Under the pieces are notes generated by a model. It was not told the DNA's origin and made no database searches. It saw only the letters and a program-made list of their open reading frames with translations. Of a stretch of 64,000 nt of DNA, positions 24,936-37,460 are shown one piece after another. This stretch comes from Camelus dromedarius (lineage: Eukaryota), in NCBI RefSeq assembly GCF_036321535.1, contig NC_087437.1:104224001-104288000 (forward strand). The letters are read 5' to 3'. Numbering within the stretch: position 1 is the first letter of the stretch; every line of letters starts with the position of its first letter. Both the position numbers and the translations under genes were made by a program.

Positions 24936-26011
24936 AATATCCAATTAGGTCAAACTGTAGATATAAACTTCATCAAAAGTTTCTGTAACACCTTTACACA
25001 GCTTTAAGCCTTCCATTTTATCCAACCTTAATTTATTCCCCATCCTAAAATAACTTAGACTGCTGTCAAACTACCCATTCATTGTACTGATTTATAATTA
25101 ACTATGCGTCAACCCCTTTTTATTCTGATTTACCTGGTTTATTCCTGTGTAGTAAGTTACATCAACTTAAATTGGCTAATGGTCTTAAAGACTCTATGAA
25201 TTCTTGAATTCTGTGATCAATTCTATAGCTTTTACCTGAATACTAATTAATTTTGGCATGTACATACTTGTTTATTTTGTTATACTTTGTATTAATTTTC
25301 CCCTCCATTAATGCCCAATAATTTTAATTCTATTCTTTTTTGAAGTGTTCAAGAGCATACATTTTCTTTAATTACATTTTTGGCTGGTTTTGATAGGCTG
25401 TATTTTCTTTACTGCAGTTTTCAATAAAATTTGTAATATTTGTTCTAAACCACTTTTTGAATAAATAACTTTTAGAATTTTAAAATTTAATTAGAAATGT
25501 CTGTAATAGTTTTGCTTTTGTTTTCACTGGTTTTTTTTCTTTCCCTTGGGGTGGGGAAGGGGTTAGTTTGTACAAAATCTGTAGTTTCTGCTGCATAGAA
25601 TATGTTGAGGTTTTGCGTCACTACATAATATACAATTAATCTTATTTTTGAGATGACTGCATAATTCCTGTTTTCTTGTTTTAAAATGATGTTAACATAC
25701 ATTGTTACATGGGCTTCCAAATGTAGTATCCAATGTTATGTATATTATCTAAATATTCTCTTGCTTTAGATAGATCTATTCTTTTACTTGCAACAATCTC
25801 TGAATATATTAAGAACATTAATATTTCAGAGTAAGCCTAATCAGTTTTAAAAAAGAGCATTAATTTTGTCAGTTCTCAGTTCTAGATGAAAATGTCTTTA
25901 ATGGATTATGCATTTTTAGTCACAATGCTAAGAGTTTATTATTTTTACATAATTCAGATGTATTCAGTAATATATTCAATCCCTGCATATTTTTGTTTTT
26001 CATTATTTACC

Positions 26012-26242
26012 CAAGCTATCTGTAAACATTTCTTGTGATGGGCCAGAGAGTAAATCATTTCAGTATCGTGGGCCGTAAGTTTTCTGTTGCAACTACTCAA
26101 CTCTAACATGGTAGTATAAGAGCAGCCATGGACAGTATAGTATATAAGGGATGCGCATAACCATTTTCCATTAATATTCTACTTACAAAAGAGGCAGTGA
26201 GATGGATTTGGCTGAGGGGCCTTTTTTGCCGACCGACCCCTG
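26012..26242 (-). mobile_element. MER58A hAT MITE
   Basis: gggccagagagtaaat...tgttgcaactactcaactct...gcagccatggacag...gccgaccgacccctg. Confidence 0.8.
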
Positions 26243-27947
26243 CTCTACATACTAATCTGCATAACATAGGAGTTTGCATACGAAATTACACCCCTATACA
26301 TTTTATCTTTTTAAGGAATTTTTTTTTAAATAAAGTAAGCTTGGTAATACACTCTTATGTGAAATTACATAAATATATTAGAAAAGATTCCTGATACCAA
26401 TCTGAATCAGAAATCTGGCATTTTAAACCCATTTTAAAAATATGAGACTAATGATTTAAAGCCTAAAATCTGGTTAGCTGTTTGTTTGTTTGTTTTGGAG
26501 CCCTGTCTTGTTGAGATGCACATTTATTTTCAAACTGTTTGTTTCTGCTTATTTTTGTTTGTTTAAATCCTAATATTTCCAAAAGCAAATGATTTTATAA
26601 TGACTACTACTGACCAGTCACTATTGTAGGTGCCATACACATAGTGAATGATTTATTCTTCATAAAACCCTTTGGGAATTTATAACTGGAAAAGCCATTT
26701 TGTAGGTGAAGAAGTTAAGGCTGAGGTTCAGGCTCATTCTGCCTGATTCTGTCTTTAGTGGCCAACTTGTAAAATCATTTCACTAATCATTCACCTGCTA
26801 AAGAGACATTTATTGACCACATACTATGTAATTTTTGTGCAATTTTATACACATTATCAGATTGATCATGATCAGTCTCTAGTCATCTCACCATTCTCTG
26901 ATCCAGAACAATTCTGTAATGGATTCAAGGGAAACCAGGATTATTAAAGTATGAATCAAATCAAAAGATTTTTAAGATTATTAGAATTATTCTTAGGGGA
27001 AAAAAGTGAATTCTGAAATCTGATTTAAATATACAGCACCATTATGACAAAGAGTATTACAGTTCATCTCCATTTCCCTGAAAGAAGCAAAGAATTTAAA
27101 CTGGCCAATGATGAATTTTATTGAAAGTTATTTGAAAAGAAACTAGTGAAATTGAATGCAAATAACATGGACAATTTGGTATCTTTTGCCTTTGATCAAG
27201 TAAACACAAATATTTTTTCTTAAAAGAAATAAATGGCTTCAAAAGGTCTCTTTCCAGTCTTTTGTCAATTTGTAACATAACTACAAATAAAAAAAAACTT
27301 TGGTGTTAACTTTTTATTAATAATAATCTTGAAATTATTTTTGATATGTTGGAAAGTTGGTTAGGGTTGCTTAAGTACTTTAGGCCCCAAAGGCATCATT
27401 TAACTAAGGCTTCAGTGTGCTAAATGGTCCACAAGTAGCCTCAAAACTGTAAACTAGGTTTCAGAACTGCCTACAGAGTCTCCAGTGGACATCTGAGATG
27501 CTTAGAAGACACAGCTCATTTGTGTATTGATTTAAAAGTTCCCACAATCCTAACCATGTAAATTTCCACATATAAATCATTCACAGAAGTTTTACTTATT
27601 TAAATGTGCTTATATCTCTTTATTAAGGAAGGCAAAGGGCTGTATAATTCTGGGTTTCCAATAAAGAGATGAATAATAATTTCATGTGGGTAGTGATGAT
27701 TAAAGATAGAAAGCTTAAAGTAGCATTAGTAATTAAAAAAAAGCAGTTAGGTTTAGATTCAAGAATTGTATTTGAATTATCATATACTTCCCTGATCATC
27801 CTTTTGTCTACTGCAAAAGAGATATTCAAAATACTTCACATGTAATAACATTATTAATAGTAATCCTTTATAAGACTATAAAATTTTATCACTGGTAAAA
27901 TTAAAGAGAATAAATATTACAGAAGACCTTTTTATTCTATAAAGCAT

Positions 27948-29634
27948 AAAGCAATACTAACCTACCTCAAGAATTAAAAAAAAAAAATGCAAATAAACAA
28001 TCTCAACTTACACCAAAAGGAACTAGAAAAAGAAGAACAAACAAAACTCAAAGTTAGTGGAAGGAAAAAAAATCATAAAGACCAGAGAAGTAATAAATGA
28101 ATTAGACACTGGGAAAAACAATTGAAAAGATCAATGAAACTAAGAGCTACATCTTTGAAAAGATAAACAAAATTGATAAACCTCTAGCCAGACTCATCAA
28201 GAAAAAAAGAGAGAGACCCCAAAAAGATAAAATTGGAAATGAAAGAAAAGTTACAGCTGACACCACAGAAATGCAAAGGACTATACAAGATAAATACAAA
28301 TAATTATATGCCAATAAAAGAGATAACCTAGAAGAAACTGGGAAACCAGTAACGATAATGAATCAGTGAAAAAACAAACAAACAAACAAACAAAAAACTC
28401 CCAATAAACAAGAAGTCCAGGGCTGGTCTGAAAGAAAACATAGGCAGTGCACTCTTAGACATAAGTTATTTTTTTGAATATTTCCCCTCAGGCAAGGGAA
28501 ATAAATGCAAAATTAAACAAATGGGATGACATCAAACTAAAAAGCTTTTGCGTTGGGAAGGAAACTGTCAACAAAACAAAAAGACAGTCTATTGACTGGG
28601 AGAGGTATTTACAAACAATATGTCTGTTAAAGGATTAATATCCAAAATACAGAAGAATCTACACAACTCAGCAATCCCAAAACAAACAACCTGATCAAAA
28701 AATGGGCGGAGGACCTGAACCGACATGTTTCTGAAGAAGACATATAGATGGCCAAAGTGTACTGAACAGATGCTCAACATCACTAATCATCAGGGAAATG
28801 CAAGTCAAAACCAGAATAAGATATTACCTCACACCTGTCAGAACTTTTTATTATCAAAAGACATGAGACAACAAGTGTTGGTGAAGATGTGGAGAAAGGG
28901 AAAATTTGAGCACTATTTGTGGGAATATAAATTGGTGCAGTTACTAAGAAAAACGTTATGAAAGTTCCTCAAAAATTTTAAAATAGAACTGCTTTATCAG
29001 CCAGCTGTTCCACTTCTGTGTATTTATCTAAAGAAAACAAAATTTGAAATGATATCTGCATCCAAATGTTCATTGCAGTATTATTTACAATAGTCAAAAT
29101 ACTGACGCAAACTAAGTGTCTATCCGTAGAGGAATGGATAAAGAAGAGGTACTAAATATATACAATGGAATATTACTCAGCTATAAAAAGTTAAATCTTA
29201 CCATTTGCAACAGTATGGATAGATCTAGAGTGTATTACACAAGTGAAGTAAGTCAGGCAAAGAAAGAAAAATACTTCATGATCTCACTTATATGTAGAAT
29301 CTAAAAACCAAAACAGACAAACAAAACAAGATGAAACAGACTTATAGATATGAAGAACAAATGGGTGGTTGTCCAAAGGGAGGGGGTGGGTGCATGGGAA
29401 AAGTAGATGATGGGAATTAAGAGGTACAAACCTTCAGTTATATGTATGTCACAGGGATGTAATATATAGCATAAGAAATATGGTCAATAATTCTATAACT
29501 TTGTATGGTGACAGATGATTATTAGATTTATCATGGTGATCATTTTGTAGTGTATGTAAATCAGATCATTATGCTCTACACCTGAAACTAACATAATACT
29601 GTACATCAACTACATTTCTATTAAAAAAATAAAA
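27948..29634 (+). mobile_element. L1 with internal deletion of the RT region
   Basis: ORF2 N-half to ~28420, then the post-RT segment, Cys-rich domain and 3' UTR; TSD ataaagcat at 27939-27947 and 29635-29643. Confidence 0.88.
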
Positions 29635-29954
29635 ATAAAGCATTGTAAAATAGAATGCTCTCCCTTGATTTTTATTTTTATATTTTAATTTCTCCTACCT
29701 GAGAGTCAATGACCTTGAGTAGAGTTTCTCTTGACCATGCCAATACATTTGTACAGGCAAAAACTAACAATTAATGAAACTTTTAATAGAACAAGTATCT
29801 TACTCCCTGTGAAAGACATGATCAAATATTTTAACAGATAGGAATAGCACTGCTAAACATACCTGAAAGACAATGCTAGTGGATATATATGAGAAAAAAA
29901 AAAAGTGGTAAATTGCATGTATCTAAGGAACCAGGCAAAAATAATTTTAACCAG

Positions 29955-30160
29955 CATTTATTTTACACGTTATATTTCAAGCACTGCTTTTTACATGTAC
30001 TACAAATTTACTTAGTCCTCACAAGAAATTTGTACTGCAAGTATTCTTACTAGCCTTCTTGTATGTAACTGTTCAAAGTCATAGAGTTAATAGGTTCTGG
30101 AGCAAGACTCCAGCCTACACATTTTTGCTCAAAGACAACTGATTTTCACTAAGCTCTACT
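29955..30160 (-). mobile_element. MIR fragment
   Basis: agcatttatt...aagcactgct...ttagtcctcacaag...gttcaaagtcatagagttaatagg. Confidence 0.55.
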
Positions 30161-32237
30161 TATTCCAAACCGCAAAATCTCCAAAGAAATTTAGAAACTG
30201 CGTAGTTTTCTTCTTCCCTCTTAATTAGGTTGTATGAGAAATAATTTTCATAAGCTATTTCAATTCTGATATTCTTTATACTGAATGGCTTTGAAAAAGT
30301 AGGAGTGGGAACTGAAAAGAGATACTGGGATTGTATAGGGTCACAGATAATTCAGAAAACAGACTGTTTCTCCTCCAACAATTCATAAATTTGGGGAAAA
30401 TACCCAACAGCATGTTTCTCCCAAGACATTTGCTAAAATTACTTTTGCTCAACTTCTTAATTTTAAAAGTATCTTTCTGTTTATAAAGCATAAAGATGGT
30501 TCTGTGATAATTATTTATACTCTTTAATTTTGTCAGTGATAAGACTGTACACTGTTTTATTAAGGACCACTATTCCTATAAAGAAAACAAATGTACACAT
30601 GAAATTCTGCAAGTGATATCTGGTCACATCATATTTCATGCATGAATGTACAATTAATGTTCCATCACTGAAGTAAAAATATGCTACTTCCCTTTGAAAT
30701 ATGAAATACGTTTTAAAACAAATAACACAGATGAAGAAGTACAATATTAAGATGGCAATATTAGTAGGTTTCTATCCAAAGTCTATAAATCATGTTTCAC
30801 CTAAATGTATTTAACATATTCCAATGCTCCCATTATGTTTGAATAATGGAGCAAAATCCCATATATCCACCGATTCATTACTCTTTTGGAAGGTGACAAA
30901 TTTGAAAGATTACTCTGATGTGCAATACATATAATTTTATGCAAATATATAATTTAGTCTTATAGGATATACTGTCAGCTGAATCGAAATAACTCAATAG
31001 AAAACGTCAGTGATGCTACTACACTGGAGAGGTATTCAAAGGAGAGTGAATGAAGTGTGAGCTATTTCATACTTTGTTAATTCATCATGCTTATGAATTT
31101 AGACATGCTTAAATTTGCTTTTCACACACATTTAACCAAAATGTTACTTTTCAGTTCATAATTCAATCAAATCAAATCACATTCTAAGCAATCTAATATT
31201 AATAATATTAAGTAATTTTCCCCTCAAGTACCCAGTTTACTTTCTCTAATCCATGACCATGCAAAGTGAAGTGGTGAAAACTCTAGATAATTCAAATGAA
31301 AATACCTGTTTCTAAAAATAAAAGCCGATGATGATTATCTGTTTCAAATACATTGAATATTTCTAATTTTATATATTTCCTTGTTAATATATTTGCAGCA
31401 TTATTCATAATAAATATCTTTAGGGTAAGACAAGTTACAAAAATATCTAAATTTATTCTATTTTTCCAAATATGATTTCAAAAATTTTGAATGGGTTTCT
31501 ATTTATTGGAATATTAATATATTTTACATATTAATCTATGCATATACTACCCAGAATTTTTTTCACATACAGATATATTTAGGGGAGAGAGAGAGTGGGA
31601 GGGAGAAAATGCATGGAGAAATATGGATATCAAGACATATAGAAAAACAACATTCTGTAGAATTATAGAATTCAAGATTAGGAAAGAGCCCTTGAACTGA
31701 ATCCTGAATGTAACAGTTTGATATTGGAGTAGGTTCACAATCATATGAGGCTCTTCCTGAAAGGTAAATTCGAGTTGTATTGGATCAGAATTTCTGGCGC
31801 TGGATCTTAACATGAAGATGCAACTCATGTGATTGAATCCCACTGAAGTGAGGTCTGAAAAGGAGGTCAAACATTTCTAATTATCACCTTAATATTAACC
31901 AGAGCATCTGTTTTATGTTTTGAGCTTCCATAAGATGCAGGCTTCAAATAACTTTATTCTGCTTGAAAAAACAATTGCTATGGAATTTCAGATATCTGAA
32001 GTGTTACACCAGTGTTTGGGAATGCAACAATGAATTAGATTTTTTTTTTTTAATTTTTGAAAACTGTCTCTTAATACCAAAAAGGCAGAAAATTGTAAGT
32101 ATAGTTCCAAAATTACATTCAAAGTTCTTCATGGGAGAAGATGGCAGAGCTATGGACAGAATTGGGGGAGGATTTGGTTTTGACCAATACCTTGGTGGTG
32201 TGTATTAATTAGTGACAATTAAAAATAATTAAGCTTC

Positions 32238-33769
32238 AAACAAAAGCAAAAATAAACAAATGGGACTACACCAAGCTAAAAAGCTTTTGCACAGGGAAGG
32301 AAATTTTCAACAAAACAAAAAGACAGTCAATTGAATGGTAGAAGATATTTGCAAATGATACATCTGATAAGGAATTAATATCCAAAATATACAAAGAACT
32401 CATACAACTCAACATTGTAAAAACAAACAACCTGATCAAAAAACGGGCAGAAGACCTGAATAGACATTTTACCGAAGGAGACATACAGATGGTGAAAGGG
32501 CACATGAAAAGATGCTCAGCATCACTAATGATCAGGGAAATGCAAATCGAAACCACAATGAGATATTACCTCACAACTCTCAGAATTTTTTATTATTAAA
32601 AAAAACAAAAACAAGAAAGAACACGTGTTGTTGAGGATGTGGAGAAAAGAGAACATTTGTGCACTATTGGTGGGACTGAAATTGGATAGATTGACTATGA
32701 AAGATGCTATGGAAGTTCCTCAAAAAATTAAAAATAGAACTACCATCCAACCCCACAATTCCACTTTTGGGTGTTTATCTGAAGAAAATAAAATGCTCTC
32801 TTGAAAAGATATATGTACCCCTATATTCACTGCAATATGATTTGCAATAGCCAAGACATAGAAGCAAACTAAGTGCCCATCTACAGATGAATGGATAAAA
32901 ATGTTTTATATATATATATATATTTCAATATTACTCAGCCATAAAATAAGTAAAACTTGTGACAACATGAATGGACCAAGAAGGTAGTATGCTAAGTGTA
33001 ATAGACAGAGAAAGACAAATACTGCATGACTTCACTTATAGTGAAGTCCAAAATGCAAAAAAGTGAACAAATATAACAAAACAGAAATAGTCATAGATAC
33101 AGAGAACAAACAGGTGGTTGCCAGATGGTTGGAGGATAGAGGGGAGATAAAAATGGGTAAGGGTGATTAACAGGTACAGACTTTCAGTTACAAACTAAAT
33201 GAATCACAAGCATGAAATGCACAGTGTGGGAAATATACTCAATAATTATATAATATCTTGTATGGTGATAGATGACAACTGGACTCCTCATGATGATGAC
33301 TTTGAAATGTATAGAAATATTGAATCAATATGTTCTCTGCCAGGAACTACCATAGTGTTGTAGGTTAATTATATTTAAAAAAAACAAACAAACTCATAGA
33401 AAAAGAGATGAGATTTGTGGCCATAAGAGGCAGGGGATTGAGGGAGGGATAATTAGAAAAAGATAGTCAAAAGGTACAAATTTCCAATTATAATATAAAT
33501 AAGTACTAGGGATATAATGTACAATATGATAAAGATACTTAACACTGCTGTATATTACATAGGAAAGCTGTTGAGAGTAAATTCTAAGGGTTCTCATCAT
33601 ATAAACATGTATTTTTTTCCTATTTCTTTCGTGTACCTAGATGAGATGATGGATGTTCATTACAACTATTACGGAATCATTTCATGATGTATGTAAGTGA
33701 AATCATTATGTTGTACACCTTAGACTTAAAGTAATTTATGTGAATTATATCTCAATAAAACTGAAAAAA
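32238..33769 (+). mobile_element. L1 ORF2 C-terminus plus long 3' UTR
   Basis: aaataaacaaatgggactacaccaagctaaaaagcttttgcacag...tatatctcaataaaactgaaaaaaa. Confidence 0.92.
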
Positions 33770-33844
33770 AGTTCAACACCAATTATATACAAGTACTGTA
33801 GTTGAAAACAAAACTGTAACAATAAACATAGATTAAGGACCAGT

Positions 33845-33952
33845 GTATCATGACAGTCTTACTCGGCTAAGGGCATGACAATAAAATTCTATAAAATAGA
33901 TGCTTTAAACAACCAACATTTATTTCTCACAGTTCTGGAGACTGGACAGTCT
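33845..33952 (-). mobile_element. MLT1 MaLR LTR fragment
   Basis: ttaaacaaccaacatttatttctcacagttctggagactgga. Confidence 0.75.
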
Positions 33953-33954
33953 AA

Positions 33955-34635
33955 CTGCACTCCTTGGTATTTACCCAAAGTTATTGAAAACTAAGCTCCA
34001 CACAGATCCCTGCACATGGATGTTTATCGCAGCTTTATTCATGGCTGCTAAAATTTAGAAGCAACCAAGCTGTCCTTCAGTAGGTCAATGAATAAATACC
34101 TGTGGTCCATCCAGACAACAGAATATTACTCACTGCTGAAAAGTAATAAGCAAAAAGACCTGAAGGAAACTTAAATGCATATTACTAAGAGGAAGAAGGC
34201 AATATGAAAAGGCTAAATACTATGATTCCAATTATATGACATTCAGGAAAAGGCAAGACTATGGAGACAATAAAAAGATTGATGGTTACAGGAAAGTGAA
34301 GTGATGAAGAAGACCTGGTAGAGAACAGAGGATTTTTAGAGCAGTGAAAATTCTCTATATGATATTACAATAATGGGTATATACCATTGTACATTTGTCT
34401 AAATTCATAGAATGCACAAGAGTGAGTACTAAGATAAAGTATGAATTTTAAATGACTATGAAGTGTCAATATAGATTTAGCCTTGGTAAAAAATTTCCCA
34501 ATCTGGTGAGTGATGGTGATAACGGAGGAGGCTATGCATGTGTAGGGGGAGGAGGTACATGGGAAATCTCTGAATCGTCCTCTCAATTTTATTGTAAACC
34601 TAAACTCATCTAAAAAATAAACTTTTTAAAAATTT
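33955..34635 (+). mobile_element. L1MC-type 3' end
   Basis: ctccttggtatttacccaaa...gggaaatctctgaatcgtcctctcaattttattgtaaacctaaa; same type as 18290-19003. Confidence 0.85.
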
Positions 34636-34844
34636 AAAATGTTACAGAAGTGTGAAAATATTCATGTACTACAATGAGCATATTTAATTGCTTTGTAATT
34701 AAAAATCAAATAAAATTTGGGTTAAAATTATGAAGAAATAAATATAAGGGGACACAAATTTGTTAACTGGTAGAGATTTATTTTCTATGTGACTACATAT
34801 ATATTTAGAAAGTCAGTTTTCCTAAAAATGAGGATGCTGTGTTC

Positions 34845-35595
34845 TTATGGAAAACAGTATAAAATTTTCTTAAAAAATTAAATGCTTGAACAACCGTATG
34901 ACCCAGCAATTCCACGTCTGGGTGTATGTCCAAAGGAATTGAAATCAGGATCTCAAAAAGACACCTGTGCATCTATGTTCAATGAACGAAAATTCACAAT
35001 AACCGAGATGTGGAAACAACACAAATGCCCTTCGATGGATGAATAAAGAAAATCTGGTAATTACATAAAATAGAATATTATTCAACCTTGAAAAAGAAGG
35101 AAATCCTGCCACTTGTGACAACAGGATTGAACCTGAGGAATAATATGCTAAGTGAAATAAGCCAGATATAGAAGAGCAAATACTACATAATCCCATTTAT
35201 GTGAGGAATCTAACATAGTCAGACTCGTAGAAGCAGAGACTTGAAGGATGGTTACCAGGGACTAGGGAGTAGGAGAAACAAGGAGGTATGGGTCCAAGAG
35301 TACAAATGTTCAGTTATGGGAAATGTATTAAGTCCTAGAGATGCTTCCCATATAGCATAGTGCCTATAGTTAACAATATTGCATTCTATACTTAAAAATC
35401 TACTAGGAGAGTAGATTCTATGTTGTATTCTTATGATAAAAGAATAAAATTTTAAAAATAAAGAGAGTGGGAGAGAACTTTAAGAGGTAATGAATATGTT
35501 TACTGCATTGATTACAGCGAGACAATTACATGGTGTGTACTTATTTCCAAACTAATCAAGTTGATATATTAAATATGTCAAAGAAAAAAAAAGTA
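34845..35595 (+). mobile_element. L1MA/L1MB-type 3' end
   Basis: tatggaaaacagtat...gacccagcaattccacgtctggg...gctaagtgaaataagccag. Confidence 0.85.
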
Positions 35596-35779
35596 CCTGC
35601 ATAAACCCCTCAAATATCTTGATATAAATGACTGTGATTTGAAATGGGTAGAGCACCACTAATAAAACTTCAACCATCTTATTTTCAAGCTAACTGCCCT
35701 ACTCTTACTACTCTATCTAATTATACTTTTTCTTAATTGATTGAACAAAAAGGAGAAAATATTCTTTAAAACTTACTAT

Positions 35780-36450
35780 TTATTAACTTACTCAAGAGAT
35801 ATGTATGGAGTGCCTAATATTCACCCAACATGTTCTATTTCTGGGAATACAGCAGTGTAACAAGCAAACAAAAAGCAGCACTGACTTGAAGCTAATTTTC
35901 AGTGGGTAAAGATACAGACAGATATTTAAAAAATAGGTAATATGTTAGAAGGTGTCATGTGCTATTATGATAAATAAAACAGGACAAATGGATCAGGTAG
36001 CCAGGTGGGAGAGTATTTGCAGCTTTAAATACGATGCAATCATAAATGAAAACTTTCTGAGAAGTTGACATCTGATCAAAGACTGGAAGGAAATGGAGTG
36101 GGCCACATGGTCATTTGGGGAAAAAGAAACTCAGGTATAGCAAGAAAAAGTACAAAATGGGATCTTTCCCAGCTATTGCAGGGAGAGCTTCAAAAGAGTG
36201 AGCAAAGGGGAGCATGGTGGGACAGAAGATCAGAGAAGTAGTTATGGATCCAATAGCACCAGGCACTGCAGGCCTTACAAAGACTTTTTGTTACCATTGA
36301 TTAAGAGAGAAAAACAGTAGAGAATTTTCAGCATGATCAAACTTATATATTAACAGGATCATGCTGGCTATTCTTTTAAGAATTGACTAGGGGAACAAGA
36401 GTGGAAGAAGGCAGACCAGCTGTGAACCTGCTGCAGTCATCCAGGGAGGG
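35780..36450 (-). mobile_element. L2 3' portion
   Basis: ctgggaatacagcagtg...ctgagaagttgacatctgatcaaagactggaagg...aggatcatgctggct. Confidence 0.75.
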
Positions 36451-36459
36451 CTACACAGT

Positions 36460-37460
36460 GAGACCAACGACCACCATGTTGCTAATTCATTTCAGTCCTC
36501 ATCTTACTTCACCTTTTTGACACAGTTGATCACTCACTTCTCCATGGAACTTAAAAATGTATTGCTTAGTCTCAAGGCCACCACTTTTACCTTGTTTCTT
36601 AACTACACATCTAGCCTATTGAGTCTCAGTTTGGGGCTAATTCTGCTGCCACATCATTCTCCCAGTCAGGGACATTGGCAATGTCTGGAGAAAGCTTTGG
36701 TTGTCACACCTGGGGAAAGGATATGCTACTGGCATTTAGCCGGTAAAGGCCAATGATGCTGGTAAATGTTCTGCGATGTACAAGCCCCTCTCTCCACAGC
36801 AAAGAATTATCTGACCTCAGATGTCAGTAATGCTGGTATTGAGAAACTCTGCTCTACCTTCTTTAGCTGATTGCTACTCACTTTCTGGACATCTACATTT
36901 TGCTATGCCCCTGGGCTCAGTCCTCAATCCTCCTCTTCTCTCTTCATATCCTCGCACTTTCCAGGTAATCTCATTCATTCTTATAGCTTTAAATATAACA
37001 TAGAGGCAGAGGAATCCCAAATTGACATTTCAGTCCTGGACTTGCTCTGTGAACAACGATCCAACTGTGCAACTGCTCACTCAACCCATGTGACATGTAG
37101 ATATTTCTTAAGTCTTTGCAAATTAACTTATCACAAACCGAACTTCTGATTTTTTTTTTCAGAAATCCTTCTCCCATATTCTTTCCTATCTTGATAAGTA
37201 ACAATTCCATTCTTTCAGTTTATTTAAGCCAAACTTACCAGAGTCACCTTGGATTCTTTTTCTCACTCTCTACAATGGGTCTTTCAGGAAATCCTGTCTG
37301 CTCTACTTTCAAAATATATAAGCAATTCAATAACTTCTCACCATGCCTACTGTTTTCACACTTGTTCAGCCTCAATCAACTTGTGATATTGCAATGGTTT
37401 CCTCATCTGAGATCTTTGGTTAGATCTTTTCAAAATCCTCCAATGTTTTCCCCTTTTGCT
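36460..37460 (+). mobile_element. L2 ORF2 fragment interrupted by MER20
   Basis: gtcctcatcttactt...tttgacacagttgatcac (FDTVDH RT motif)...ggctcagtcctcaatcctcctcttctc. Confidence 0.75.
36616..36851 (+). mobile_element. MER20 hAT-Charlie MITE
   Basis: gggacattggcaatgtctggaga...tgctactggcatttag...caaagaattatctgacc...tgagaaactctg; tcta-containing flanks. Confidence 0.85.

Noticed and set aside
30825..30853. Small hairpin tgctcccattat/ataatggagca
   Set aside because: Too short for a pre-miRNA; expected by chance
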